IMG/VR virus record: IMGVR_UViG_3300025395_000007
From: a virus
Length of the DNA stretch: 64,000 nucleotides
Direction: 5' to 3' (one strand)
How positions within the stretch are numbered: position 1 is the first letter of the stretch; every line of letters starts with the position of its first letter. The notes under the pieces are model-generated. The model made no database searches, was not told where the DNA came from, and saw only the letters and a program-made list of their open reading frames with translations. This document shows, piece by piece, positions 19,229 through 29,589 of the stretch. The position numbers were made by a program, and so were the translations under genes.

Positions 19229-21547
19229 ATGGCAGTTCAACTAAGTCCAGGCGTTAATATTACGGAAATCGATCTTACTACAGTTGTTCCATCAGTTGCT
19301 AGTTCTGATGGTGCGATTGCTGGTGTATTCCGTTGGGGTCCAGTATCCCAAAGAGTACAAGTCGATTCAGAATCAAAATTGGTTAACTTATTCGGTAAAC
19401 CAACAAATTATAACGCTGAAACGTTTTTCACAGCGGCTAACTTCCTATCATATTCAAATAGCCTATATGTATCACGTGCAGCTAATACTAGCGGTGCTAC
19501 TCCAGTAGTTTCAGGTAACGTCACCGCAACCGCTGCTAACGTATATGTTTCAAATACAGCTGGTCTTTCGACTGGTATGTATGTAACTCAAATTACTAAT
19601 GCAAATGCATTTGTTCCTGCCATATCTACTGTAATTACCGCAATTGTTAATACCACTTGCTTTACTATGTCTAATACTTCTGGCGTAACAAATGGCGCTG
19701 TTGGTATCTATTTTGGTCACCCAGAAACATCATATACTGCTTTAGCTTTCGATCCAGTAACAGCGACTCCATATACTGCAAACCTTTCTAACCAGATTGT
19801 TACCAATTCAACTACATACTTAACAGTTAATGGTAATTTCGATACAGGCGTTAGCTACGTTGCAAGATATCCAGGTGCAATCGGTAATTCTTTAAGAATT
19901 TCTGTTTGTGATTCTGTAAATGCTTTCTCTTCAAACGTAACATATGCAAACGGTTATGCTAACTCTTCAGTTGGTACAGGCGCAGTTGCTGGAGCTGCTG
20001 GTTCTTATCAATACGGTGTAGTATCGTTTAATATTGGTAGCAATACAGCTTCTGTTGTGTTCTCTGGCCAGTCTAATGGTTTTGCTAATGCTGCTCAGTA
20101 TTCTGTCGGAGATCAGATCCTTGCAGGTAATGCAGCCATTGGTTTCCAATATTTACAAATTGCAAATACTTTATCAGTAACTGCAAACGTTGCTGCTAAT
20201 ACTACAACACTAACAATGCAGTTCCAAGCTCCTTATAGACTTGCTACAGCGTATTCAACTAGCACAGTTTCTCGTTACTGGGAATTCCATAATCTTGTTA
20301 ACGTTGCTCCAGGAACTTCTGATTACGTTATTAATAACGGTAACTCAGCTGCTATCGACGAGCTTCACGTTGTTGTTGTTGACGACAATGGTTTATTTAC
20401 TGGTACTCCAGGTACTATTCTTGAAACATTCGCGAATATGTCAAGAGCTACTGATTCTAAAACAGATGATAATTCTGTAAATTACTATAAAGAAGTAATT
20501 AACCAGAATTCGACATATATCTGGTGGGCAAATGATCGTTCAGGTTCTCCTTCAGCTAATGCTGCTCTTGTATCATCTTCAACTGATAGCAACCCATCAA
20601 ATATGCAGCTTGTTCTTGGTTCAGACGGTTTAGATGAAACAAATGCAAATAATCTTGCGATTATTGCAAATGCTTATAATTTATTCCAATCTGCAGAAGA
20701 TGTAGATATTTCTCTAGTTCTTCAGGGTCGTCCTCTTGGACCTTCTGGCCAGACTTATCAGCTAGCTAACTATATCATTGATAATATCGTAACACTTCGC
20801 GCCGATTGTATTGCTCTTATTTCACCAGACAAATCTCTTGAAATTGGCCAATATGGTTTAGAAGCAGCTAATCTAGTTGGTTGGAGAAATAATCTTCATT
20901 CTACTTCATACGCTGTAATGGATTCTGGCTACAAGTATCAATACGATCGTTACAACGATATCTATCGTTGGATTCCGTTGAATGGTGACGTTGCTGGTCT
21001 ATGCGCTCGTACAGATCAAACTAACGATGCATGGTGGTCACCTGCTGGTTTCAATCGCGGTCAAATCAAAAATATTGTTAAGTTAGCGTATAACCCAAAA
21101 CATACTGATCGTGATACTCTATATAAGAATGGTATTAATCCAGTTGTTGCATTCCCTGGACAGGGCATTGTTCTTTATGGCGATAAAACTCTTCAAGCAA
21201 AACCATCTGCATTCGACCGCATCAATGTTCGTCGTCTGTTCCTTGTTCTTGAAAAAGCAATATCAATCGCTGCAAAGTATTCGCTCTTTGAATTCAACGA
21301 TGCATTTACAAGATCACAGTTTAAAAATCTTGTAACTCCATACCTACGCACTATTCAAGGTCGTCGCGGTATTACTGACTTCTTAGTTGTCTGTGATGAC
21401 ACCAACAATACACCTACTATTGTTGATTCGAATCAGTTCGTTGGCGATATCTATATTAAGCCAGCTCGTTCTATCAACTTTATCCAATTGAATTTCGTAG
21501 CTGTTGCTACTGGTGTTCAGTTCTCCGAAGTTGTTGGTCAGTTTTAA
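19229..21547 (+). CDS. gp18: Tail sheath protein gp18
   Basis: AGGAG RBS, then MAVQLSPGV; WWSPAGFNRG, FDRINVRRLF, KPARSINFI. Confidence 0.97.
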   Translation: MAVQLSPGVNITEIDLTTVVPSVASSDGAIAGVFRWGPVSQRVQVDSESKLVNLFGKPTNYNAETFFTAANFLSYSNSLYVSRAANTSGATPVVSGNVTATAANVYVSNTAGLSTGMYVTQITNANAFVPAISTVITAIVNTTCFTMSNTSGVTNGAVGIYFGHPETSYTALAFDPVTATPYTANLSNQIVTNSTTYLTVNGNFDTGVSYVARYPGAIGNSLRISVCDSVNAFSSNVTYANGYANSSVGTGAVAGAAGSYQYGVVSFNIGSNTASVVFSGQSNGFANAAQYSVGDQILAGNAAIGFQYLQIANTLSVTANVAANTTTLTMQFQAPYRLATAYSTSTVSRYWEFHNLVNVAPGTSDYVINNGNSAAIDELHVVVVDDNGLFTGTPGTILETFANMSRATDSKTDDNSVNYYKEVINQNSTYIWWANDRSGSPSANAALVSSSTDSNPSNMQLVLGSDGLDETNANNLAIIANAYNLFQSAEDVDISLVLQGRPLGPSGQTYQLANYIIDNIVTLRADCIALISPDKSLEIGQYGLEAANLVGWRNNLHSTSYAVMDSGYKYQYDRYNDIYRWIPLNGDVAGLCARTDQTNDAWWSPAGFNRGQIKNIVKLAYNPKHTDRDTLYKNGINPVVAFPGQGIVLYGDKTLQAKPSAFDRINVRRLFLVLEKAISIAAKYSLFEFNDAFTRSQFKNLVTPYLRTIQGRRGITDFLVVCDDTNNTPTIVDSNQFVGDIYIKPARSINFIQLNFVAVATGVQFSEVVGQF

Positions 21548-21578
21548 TAAATAGATAAAACTCAAAGGAGTAATGTAG

Positions 21579-22193
21579 ATGCCTTTTAATATTAGTGCTT
21601 TCAAATCTAATGGTCTAGTATACGGTGGTACTAGACCATCCCTCTTCAATGTATTCATGTCAGTACCAACTGGCATTGGTATCGACAATGTTTCAGTAGA
21701 CAAGTTTCGTTTCGTCTGCCGTGCAGCTGAACTACCAGATTCAACTGTAGCTTCAATCGACGTTCCATATTTTGGTCGTAAAATTAAAGTTGCTGGCGAA
21801 CGTACTTTCTCTGATTGGTCAGTAACAGTAATGAATGACGAAGATTTCGCTGTTCGTGCATTGTTCGAAACATGGTCAAACGGTCTTAATCGTCTTGTAT
21901 CAAATGTTCGCGATCCTAACCTTAACTTCGAACTTTATAAGCAAGACCTTGAAGTTATTCAATATGGTAAAGACGGTTCTGAACTTAGATCATATCTAAT
22001 AGTTGGAGCTTTCCCAACCACTATTGGTCCAATTGCTCTAGACTGGGATTCAGCTAACCAAGTTGAAACATTCACAGTTAACTTTGCTTATGATTATTGG
22101 ATTCCAGGAATCGAAGCTTCTGATAAAAAAGCTGGTGGCGTAAACGTCTATGGCCAAGCAGCTCTCGAAGATGGCCCAGCTGGTCCAGCCTAA
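21579..22193 (+). CDS. gp19: Tail tube protein gp19
   Basis: RPSLF...PYFGRKIKVAGERTF.DW.VTV.NDEDF. Confidence 0.95.
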   Translation: MPFNISAFKSNGLVYGGTRPSLFNVFMSVPTGIGIDNVSVDKFRFVCRAAELPDSTVASIDVPYFGRKIKVAGERTFSDWSVTVMNDEDFAVRALFETWSNGLNRLVSNVRDPNLNFELYKQDLEVIQYGKDGSELRSYLIVGAFPTTIGPIALDWDSANQVETFTVNFAYDYWIPGIEASDKKAGGVNVYGQAALEDGPAGPA

Positions 22194-22212
22194 ATATTAT
22201 TACAGTGATAAC

Positions 22213-22241
22213 GGAGAGGGGATAAAACCCCTCTCCATTTT
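22213..22241 (+). terminator. Hairpin between gp19 and gp20 (probable weak intrinsic terminator)
   Basis: GGAGAGGGG-ATAAAA-CCCCTCTCC followed by ATTTT. Confidence 0.6.
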
Positions 22242-22251
22242 GGAGATTTAA

Positions 22252-24021
22252 ATGGCAGAACTATTTGGGTTTGAATTCAAACGTAAAATACCAGTTGATA
22301 CGCTACCTTCATTCGCCCCAAAGGAGAATGATGACGGAGCAGTAGTAGTAGCAGCAGGTGGTGCTTATGGCACATACGTTGATCTTGACGGTACAGTAAG
22401 AACAGAAGCAGAATTAGTTACAAAATACCGCGAAATGGCTCTTCAGCCAGAATGTGATGCAGCGGTTGATGAAATTGTAAATGAATCATTATCTTGTGAT
22501 GATGAAACTATTGTCGATATTAATTTAGACAATACAGATATTTCCGATAATATTAAAAAAGTTATTAGAGAAGAATTTCAGCAATGCTTGAAACTTCTTG
22601 ATTTCAACAAACATGCATATGACATTTATCGCCGTTGGTATATCGATGGCCGTTTATACTATCATGTTCTTGTTGATGACAAAGCAGTTAAAGAAGGCAT
22701 CAAAGAACTTAGATACGTAGATCCACGCAAGATCCGTAAAGTTCGTGAAGTTGCTAAAAGAAAACTACAAACTGGTATGACTACTGGTGAAGGTGTTATG
22801 ACAAAAACTGTTAATGAATACTTTATCTTCAATGATAAAGGTTTCAATTACGGTAACAAAGCAGTTGGGCCAAGTTCAAATGGTTTAAAAATTGCTAAAG
22901 ATTCAGTACTTCACATTGTATCTGGTTTAACTGATAACCAAGGTACAATGGTTCTATCATATCTACACAAAGCTATTAAGGCATTGAACCAGTTGCGCAC
23001 ACTTGAAGACGCATTGGTTATCTATCGCCTTGCTCGTGCACCTGAACGTCGTATTTGGTATATCGACGTTGGTAACTTACCTAAGATGAAAGCTGAACAA
23101 TATGTTCGCGACATTATGGTTAAGCATAAAAACAGATTGATTTACGACGCCTCATCAGGCGAAGTAAGAGATGACCGCAAATTCATGACGATGCTAGAAG
23201 ATTACTGGTTACCACGTCGTGAAGGTGGAAAGGGTACAGAAGTGACCACACTTCCAGGCGGTCAGACTTTAGGCCAGATGGATGACGTTCTTTATTTTCA
23301 GAAGAAATTTCTTCAGACATTGAATGTTCCTATCAGCCGTTTAAATTCAGATGCATTGTTCTCTATTGGACGTGCAACAGAAATTACCCGTGACGAATTG
23401 AAATTTGACCGTTTCGTTGTTCGTTTACGTTTGAGATTCTCTAGCCTATTTACTAAAATTCTTGAGAAACAATTAGTTCTTAAGGGTGTAATGACTATTG
23501 AAGAATTTCAAAAACTTGCTATGGATTTCAAATATGAATATTCAAGAGATAATTATTTCACTGAATTAAAAAATAATGAAATTACTGAAGGTCGTGCAAA
23601 CCTTGCTCGTAATCTTCAAGATATGGTTGGTAAATATTATTCCCATGCTTGGATTCGTAAAAATATCCTTCATCAAACTGATGAAGATCTTGAAAAAATG
23701 GACGAGCAAATTACCGAAGAAACACAATCACAAGATCCACGTTGGATTAATCCAACTATTGAACAGAATGTGCAAATGCTTCAACAGCAACAACAGGCTG
23801 CACAACCTCCAGCTGATGATAATCAACAACCTGAAGCTGATCCAAATAAAATTGAAGAAGTTAGACAGGCAATGATTACTGTAGATCAAATGAAGAAAAA
23901 ACCTAAATCACAGCGTTCAATTCAAGATCAATCCAAATACAAAGCTGCTGTACAAATAGTTGCCAAAAATCCAGATGTAGTGAAAAAAATGGGTACTGGT
24001 GGCGGTACTACTGCCCAATAA
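22252..24021 (+). CDS. gp20: Portal protein gp20
   Basis: YRLARAPERRIWYIDVGNLP, EDYWLPRREGGKGTEVTTLPGGQ. Confidence 0.97.
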   Translation: MAELFGFEFKRKIPVDTLPSFAPKENDDGAVVVAAGGAYGTYVDLDGTVRTEAELVTKYREMALQPECDAAVDEIVNESLSCDDETIVDINLDNTDISDNIKKVIREEFQQCLKLLDFNKHAYDIYRRWYIDGRLYYHVLVDDKAVKEGIKELRYVDPRKIRKVREVAKRKLQTGMTTGEGVMTKTVNEYFIFNDKGFNYGNKAVGPSSNGLKIAKDSVLHIVSGLTDNQGTMVLSYLHKAIKALNQLRTLEDALVIYRLARAPERRIWYIDVGNLPKMKAEQYVRDIMVKHKNRLIYDASSGEVRDDRKFMTMLEDYWLPRREGGKGTEVTTLPGGQTLGQMDDVLYFQKKFLQTLNVPISRLNSDALFSIGRATEITRDELKFDRFVVRLRLRFSSLFTKILEKQLVLKGVMTIEEFQKLAMDFKYEYSRDNYFTELKNNEITEGRANLARNLQDMVGKYYSHAWIRKNILHQTDEDLEKMDEQITEETQSQDPRWINPTIEQNVQMLQQQQQAAQPPADDNQQPEADPNKIEEVRQAMITVDQMKKKPKSQRSIQDQSKYKAAVQIVAKNPDVVKKMGTGGGTTAQ

Positions 24022-24033
24022 GGAGAATATAAC

Positions 24034-24240
24034 ATGACAGAGAATAATAAATACAGTATAGAAGATTTAATTGCAACATCTACCAATCAACAACCATTAG
24101 ATTTTGAACATGTGTTTGGTGAGTTAATGGTAGATAAAATACAAGCTGCGGTTAATGATAGAAAAATTCAAATCGCACAAAGTATGTATTCTTCAGAAGA
24201 AGATTTTGAAAGCGAATATAACTCAGAGGAAGATTACTAA
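24034..24240 (+). CDS. Prohead core protein, gp67-like
   Basis: Small acidic protein directly after the portal gene. Confidence 0.55.
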   Translation: MTENNKYSIEDLIATSTNQQPLDFEHVFGELMVDKIQAAVNDRKIQIAQSMYSSEEDFESEYNSEEDY

Positions 24241-25130
24241 TGGCTAAGAAACCCCTAAGAAGTGTTGCTCCTAAAAACTTAAAGGAGTTGGAAGGCGTAA
24301 ATAAATCTAAGGTTAGAGCTGGTTCAACTGGAGAACTTCCAGGGGTTGACTACATGCCAAAAGATGAAATGGGTCAGAAGTTTGTAAAAGCTCATGACAC
24401 TGAAGAATGGGAAGGTCGCGCAGGTAATAAAGAAGATGTATACAATGGCGACAAAGTAAAGTATTCTTTAAAGACTCCTCAAAATAAACTTATGGGTAGA
24501 GATCAAAAAGAATCAGAAAAAGTATACGAAGATTCTAAAATGAGATGCGAAGCATGCGGTAATATGTATGAAGGTGCATCATGCGATTGTGGTAAAATGA
24601 AAAAAGGTACTAAAAAAAACCTTATCCTCAGTGGCGGTAAAGGTCTCCAAGAAGTCATTACAAAAAAAACTCCTACTAGTGAAGTAATAAATGACTTTGT
24701 TCATTCAAAAAATAAAATGTTTGCTGGCGATTCGAAAGAACAACGTATTAAGAGAGCTCTTGGTGCAAAATATGCCATGATGCGTTCTGAAGAAAAAGAT
24801 CATGATGATACAGAAGAAGAAATAAGCATGGTTGGTACTGAGCTTAGAGCCATCTGCTCTGATGCAGAAGATCTTCTAGCAAGAATGCCAAAAGATATGC
24901 ACATTGAGCCATGGGTTCAATCAAAGGTTGCTGTTGCAAAATCAATGATTTCAGGCGTTCGTGATTACATGCTTAATAAAAAGTCTGTCAAAGAAGATTT
25001 AGCAATGCCAATGCTTGAAGATGGCAAAAAGAAAAAGAAAAATAAGAAAATGGAAAAAGAAGAAACTTCTCCAGCCGACAGCTCAATGAATTTAAACACA
25101 TATGGCACTATTGATCAAGGGAGAGTATAA
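24240..25130 (+). CDS. Charged head-associated hypothetical protein with CxxC-x7-CxC motif
   Basis: Lies between the gp67-like gene and gp21; CEACGNMYEGASCDC; K/E-rich. Confidence 0.6.
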   Translation: MAKKPLRSVAPKNLKELEGVNKSKVRAGSTGELPGVDYMPKDEMGQKFVKAHDTEEWEGRAGNKEDVYNGDKVKYSLKTPQNKLMGRDQKESEKVYEDSKMRCEACGNMYEGASCDCGKMKKGTKKNLILSGGKGLQEVITKKTPTSEVINDFVHSKNKMFAGDSKEQRIKRALGAKYAMMRSEEKDHDDTEEEISMVGTELRAICSDAEDLLARMPKDMHIEPWVQSKVAVAKSMISGVRDYMLNKKSVKEDLAMPMLEDGKKKKKNKKMEKEETSPADSSMNLNTYGTIDQGRV

Positions 25131-25486
25131 TGGCGTATATATCACCAGCAGCTGGAGCTTTTAATCCAATTGGAAATACTGTTACTTTTTTAGGTAACAC
25201 TGCAGCCCCAACTGCGATACAAGCTGTTGGAACTACTGCAAATATTAATTATAGCTATTGTCAATATCGTATTTTTAACTCAGGTTCGTATTTAACATTT
25301 ATTGGATATGGCTCTAGTGCAACTATTGCAAATAATAATGCTATTGTTGTTTCTACTAGTAATACTGGTTTACCAATTCTTCCAGGAACAGTAGAAATTA
25401 TTTCGGCACCTGCTAATTCTTATTTTACTGGAATTACTGCTTCTGGCACATCTCAAATTTATGTAACTCCTGGATTGGGTGTTTAA
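25130..25486 (+). CDS. Hypothetical beta-rich virion protein
   Basis: GGAG RBS; N/T/S/G-rich, ends YVTPG.G. Confidence 0.65.
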   Translation: MAYISPAAGAFNPIGNTVTFLGNTAAPTAIQAVGTTANINYSYCQYRIFNSGSYLTFIGYGSSATIANNNAIVVSTSNTGLPILPGTVEIISAPANSYFTGITASGTSQIYVTPGLGV

Positions 25487-25487
25487 T

Positions 25488-25718
25488 ATGACTGTTAAAG
25501 CATCTATCCAAACTGGTACTAGCGTTACTATTGGCGGCAGCGGTTCACCAACTATTGCTTATGGTACTGGCGCTCCTAGTGGAACAAAAGTTACTGGTGC
25601 AGCATCTTCTGCTACTGGCACCCCTGTTACTGGTTCACAATATATCAGAACAGATGGTACTACTGGTGCAAGAATATATTGGTACTACGGTTCTTGGACC
25701 GCACAATCATCTCCATAA
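25488..25718 (+). CDS. Small hypothetical virion protein
   Basis: GTGAPS...GSQYIRTDG...IY....W motif as seen in fibre/decoration proteins. Confidence 0.6.
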   Translation: MTVKASIQTGTSVTIGGSGSPTIAYGTGAPSGTKVTGAASSATGTPVTGSQYIRTDGTTGARIYWYYGSWTAQSSP

Positions 25719-25728
25719 GGGAACTAAA

Positions 25729-26406
25729 ATGAAGTTAATTACAGAACTAACTGAAGAAGTAGAATATCTTTCTGAAGCCAAAGAATCTGGCGAAAAGGAA
25801 CATTTTATTCATGGTGTATTTCTTCAAGGTAATTTAAAAAACCGTAACGGTAGAATTTATCCAATTGATATTCTATCGAAAGAAGTAGATCGTTATATGA
25901 AAGATATGGTCAAGCATAATCGTGCTTTCGGCGAGCTTGGTCATCCAGCTGGTCCTGCTATTAATCTTGACCGTGTTTCACATATCATTGTCGATCTTAA
26001 AAGAGATGGTTCTAATTTTATTGGTAAAGCAAAACTTACTGATACACCAATGGGCAATATTGCAAAAGGTCTTTTAAAATCAGGTGGTAAAATTGGTGTT
26101 TCATCACGTGGTTTAGGTTCATTAAAAGCAGGTAAAGACGGCATTATGGAAGTTGGACCTGACTTCAAACTTGCTACTGCTGCTGATATTGTTCATGATC
26201 CATCAGCACCTCATGCTTTCGTCGAAGGCATTATGGAAGGCGTTGAATGGATTTATGATCCAATTAAAGACACTTGGTATGAAGAAAAAGTTGATGGTAT
26301 CAAAAAAGCTATTAGTAAAATGTCTAGATCCCAACTTGAAGAACAAAGACTAGCTATTTTTGAAGATTATATCGCTTCATTAACAGTAAACCAACATATT
26401 ATATAA
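25729..26406 (+). CDS. gp21: Prohead protease gp21
   Basis: MKLITE; NRNGRIYP, GELGHP, GVSSRGLGS, DIVHDPSAP. Confidence 0.96.
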   Translation: MKLITELTEEVEYLSEAKESGEKEHFIHGVFLQGNLKNRNGRIYPIDILSKEVDRYMKDMVKHNRAFGELGHPAGPAINLDRVSHIIVDLKRDGSNFIGKAKLTDTPMGNIAKGLLKSGGKIGVSSRGLGSLKAGKDGIMEVGPDFKLATAADIVHDPSAPHAFVEGIMEGVEWIYDPIKDTWYEEKVDGIKKAISKMSRSQLEEQRLAIFEDYIASLTVNQHII

Positions 26407-26409
26407 ATA
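26402..26409 (+). promoter_or_regulatory. T4-type late promoter
   Basis: TATAAATA upstream of gp22. Confidence 0.8.
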
Positions 26410-26440
26410 ATTCTAAAATCTATTAAAGGAGACTTTTCTA

Positions 26441-27796
26441 ATGGCTGATATCGAAAACAATACCGACCTTCAAGAAATCTTCAGAGCTTCATTAGAAGAA
26501 GCTAAGAAGAAAGCTCGCGCTAAATCAAAGAAGCGTGAAGAGGAAGAAGAAGGCGAAGAGGAAGAAGAAGAGGAAGAAGAGGGCGGTCATCGTAAGATGG
26601 AAGAAGCTCGTCGTGAAGAAGAAGAGGAAGAAGATAGCACTGAGTCAGAACGTGAACAGGGCTGGTCTAAAACTAACAAAGTTTCCGGAAAGCGCGATGA
26701 AAAAGATGACGAAAAAGCACAAAAGGGTAAGAAAAGACCTGCTGCATATGGTTCTGTAAAAGAAGACACTCTTTCAGCTTCAACTCTCAAGCCAGCTGCT
26801 CGTTCTGTTTCTGATTCAAAAGCTCTTACTAAGTCAAAAATTGGTATGATGACTGGCATGATGCACATGATGAATGGCATGGGTAAGTCAGACATGGTTG
26901 ACTTTTTCAATAAAGTTATCGGTCTTTATGGCCCAAATAAAAACTGGGGTGTTGATAATTGGGAAGGTAAAAACGAAGCATCAATTCGTATGAATCCATC
27001 ACACGCTGTAAGCAGCAAAGGTCCATCAACTAATATGCCAATGCCAAAACTTAATGTCAAAGAAGACGTTGAGGAAATGTTTGATGGTCAAGACCTATCA
27101 GAAGAATTTAAAGAAAAAGCATCAACTCTATTTGAAGCAGCTATCAGCGCTCGTTTAATCGCTGAATCAGCTCGTCTTGAAGAAGAATTTGAAGCAAGAT
27201 TTAATGATGAACTTTATACTTTCACTGAAGAAGTTACTAACAAACTCGACACATATCTCGATTATGTAGTTGAAAATTGGATGACAGAAAATGAAGTAGC
27301 CATCGAATCATCTCTCCGTAATGAACTTTCAGAAGAGTTCATGGATGGATTAAAGAATCTTTTTGCTGAACATTATATCGATGTACCACAGCAAAAGGTT
27401 GATGTTCTAGAAGCTCTTGCCGATAAGGTAAATGCACTAGAATCAAAGCTTGACGAAACAATTACTGAAAACACAGAGTTAAAAGGATTTGTTTTAGAAA
27501 ATCATAAAAATGAAATTCTAGAAGAAATTTCCTCTGACCTTGCACTAACACAGCAGGAAAAATTTGCTGCTCTTGTTGAAGGTATTGAATTCGATGGCGA
27601 TCTTAACACATATGCAAGAAAGCTTATGATCGTTAAAGAAAACTATTTCAACAAATCAACAACTTCATATTCTTCAAATATCGAAGAAGAAACTTTTGAA
27701 GGCGATATCGAAAATACTAATGGTTCAGGTTCAAGATTCGTTGATCCACAAGTTAACCGTTATGTACAAGCAATCGCTAAAACAGTTAAGAAGTAA
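26441..27796 (+). CDS. gp22: Prohead scaffold gp22 with long charged N-terminal extension
   Basis: LSEEFKEKASTLFEAA, YLDYVVENWM.ENEVAIE. Confidence 0.92.
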   Translation: MADIENNTDLQEIFRASLEEAKKKARAKSKKREEEEEGEEEEEEEEEGGHRKMEEARREEEEEEDSTESEREQGWSKTNKVSGKRDEKDDEKAQKGKKRPAAYGSVKEDTLSASTLKPAARSVSDSKALTKSKIGMMTGMMHMMNGMGKSDMVDFFNKVIGLYGPNKNWGVDNWEGKNEASIRMNPSHAVSSKGPSTNMPMPKLNVKEDVEEMFDGQDLSEEFKEKASTLFEAAISARLIAESARLEEEFEARFNDELYTFTEEVTNKLDTYLDYVVENWMTENEVAIESSLRNELSEEFMDGLKNLFAEHYIDVPQQKVDVLEALADKVNALESKLDETITENTELKGFVLENHKNEILEEISSDLALTQQEKFAALVEGIEFDGDLNTYARKLMIVKENYFNKSTTSYSSNIEEETFEGDIENTNGSGSRFVDPQVNRYVQAIAKTVKK

Positions 27797-27801
27797 TCTT
27801 A

Positions 27802-27809
27802 TATAAATA
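27802..27809 (+). promoter_or_regulatory. T4-type late promoter
   Basis: TATAAATA upstream of gp23. Confidence 0.85.
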
Positions 27810-27848
27810 AATTGAACAATACCTTTAAAAGAAACGAAAGGAACTACT

Positions 27849-29252
27849 ATGTATCTAGCTGAGGAAATCCAAAACAAGTGGGCTCCAGTCCTAGACCATG
27901 ACGCTCTTGGCGCCATTAAGGACCAGCACCGCCGTTCCGTAACTGCTATTATGCTTGAGAACACTGAACGTGCTCTTACAGAATCAGCAGCTCACGGTTC
28001 GTATCAAACTCTTTCTGAAACATCATCTGCACTTCCAGCAAACTTCATGGGCTCAAGCTCATCAACTGCTGGCGCTGGTGGTATCGATACTTTCGATCCA
28101 GTATTGATCTCCCTAGTTCGTCGTGCAATGCCTAACCTTATTGCATATGACATCTGCGGCGTTCAGCCAATGACTGGCCCAACTGGTCTTATTTTCGCGA
28201 TGCGTTCGCGTTATGCTAACCAGACTGGTACAAACGGTCTTGCTAACGGTCAGAGCCAAGATAACGAAACATTCTATAACGAAGTTAACACTGCCTTCAC
28301 TGGCGCTGGTGGTCTAACTGGCGTTAACTCAAACAACTTCGGTTTAGGTTTCAAGGGTACTATTCCAGGTGCAACTAATACTTCACCTCTAACAGCTACT
28401 AACACCTATAACACTGGTGGTGGTATGACTACTGCTGCTGGCGAAGCACTTGGTGTTGATTCTGGTAACGTATTCCCACAGATGGCCTTCACAATCGAAA
28501 AGGTTACTGTTACTGCTAACACTCGTGCTCTAAAAGCAGAATACACTATGGAACTTGCTCAAGATCTTAAGGCAATCCATGGTCTAGACGCTGAAACTGA
28601 ACTTGCTAACATTCTTTCGGCTGAAATTCTTTCAGAAATCAACCGCGAAATCGTTCGTACTATCAACATCACTGCTGTTGCTGGTGCTCAGGACAATACA
28701 ACTACTGCTGGTGTATTCGATCTTGATACCGACTCAAACGGTCGTTGGTCAGTAGAAAAGTTCAAGGGTCTTATGTTCCAGCTTGAACGCGAAGCTAACC
28801 AGATTGCCAAGCAGACTCGTCGTGGTAAGGGTAACATCGTTATCTGTTCTTCGGACGTTGCTTCCGCACTTCAGATGGCTGGTGTTCTTGACTACGCTCC
28901 TGCTCTTAACTCAAACAAGCTTGAAGTTGACGATACTGGCAATACTTTCGCTGGTGTTCTTAACGGTCGTCTTAAAGTTTATATCGACCCATACGCAATC
29001 GGTGGTAACTATATCACTGTTGGCTATAAAGGTTCGTCAGCTTTCGACGCTGGTCTATTCTATTGCCCATACGTTCCTCTACAGATGGTTCGTGCGGTTG
29101 ATCAGTCAACCTTCCAGCCTAAGATTGGTTTCAAGACTCGTTATGGCGTTGTAGCGAATCCATTCGCTCAGGGTCTAACTAAGGGTTCAGGCGCTCTTGC
29201 TATTAACACTAACGTATACTATCGTCGCGTTATCGTCAATAATCTTATGTGA
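27849..29252 (+). CDS. gp23: Major capsid protein gp23
   Basis: LVRRAMPNLIAYDICGVQPMTGPTGLIFAMR, ELAQDLKAIHGLDAE, FQPKIGFKTRYG. Confidence 0.98.
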   Translation: MYLAEEIQNKWAPVLDHDALGAIKDQHRRSVTAIMLENTERALTESAAHGSYQTLSETSSALPANFMGSSSSTAGAGGIDTFDPVLISLVRRAMPNLIAYDICGVQPMTGPTGLIFAMRSRYANQTGTNGLANGQSQDNETFYNEVNTAFTGAGGLTGVNSNNFGLGFKGTIPGATNTSPLTATNTYNTGGGMTTAAGEALGVDSGNVFPQMAFTIEKVTVTANTRALKAEYTMELAQDLKAIHGLDAETELANILSAEILSEINREIVRTINITAVAGAQDNTTTAGVFDLDTDSNGRWSVEKFKGLMFQLEREANQIAKQTRRGKGNIVICSSDVASALQMAGVLDYAPALNSNKLEVDDTGNTFAGVLNGRLKVYIDPYAIGGNYITVGYKGSSAFDAGLFYCPYVPLQMVRAVDQSTFQPKIGFKTRYGVVANPFAQGLTKGSGALAINTNVYYRRVIVNNLM

Positions 29253-29283
29253 GGACTCGTTTTCTCATATCTATACACTAAAT

Positions 29284-29314
29284 AAAGTCAGGGGTTTGAA
29301 ACCCCTGACTTTTT
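29284..29314 (+). terminator. Intrinsic terminator after gp23
   Basis: AAAGTCAGGGGTTTGAAACCCCTGACTTTTT. Confidence 0.85.
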
Positions 29315-29329
29315 CTTTTGGAGGTAGCA

Positions 29330-29522
29330 ATGGTCAAATGGTTCTAGAAAAAGAGCAGAGCCAAAAATATCGATGACACGTGAAGAGCAAGATAAACTTT
29401 GTTCAGGACAACTTAAAAACAGATGGGCTGATCCAGTATGGGCCACTAATCAAAAAATAAAATTAAAAGAAGCTTGGATTAAAAGAAAAGAAAAACTAAA
29501 TATCAATGAACTTGCTCAATGA
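29330..29522 (+). pseudogene. Probable homing-endonuclease remnant (DNA-binding tail only)
   Basis: GGAGG-ATG opens only MVKWF-stop. Another frame gives MTREEQ...LKNRWADPVWATNQKIKLKEAWIKRKEK (29373..29522), which resembles NUMOD3-type basic helical repeats. Confidence 0.5.
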
Positions 29523-29566
29523 AGGCAAGATATTTTAAGACGGTTTCAAGCCGCAAACTTTAAGAG

Positions 29567-29589
29567 GAGAGCTTCGGCTCTCATTTTTT
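29567..29589 (+). terminator. Intrinsic terminator with UUCG tetraloop
   Basis: GAGAGC-TTCG-GCTCTC-ATTTTTT. Confidence 0.75.

Noticed and set aside
29253-29560. Group I intron at the end of gp23
   Set aside because: gp23 ends with a normal C-terminus (RRVIVNNLM-stop) and no P7-type core was recognisable.
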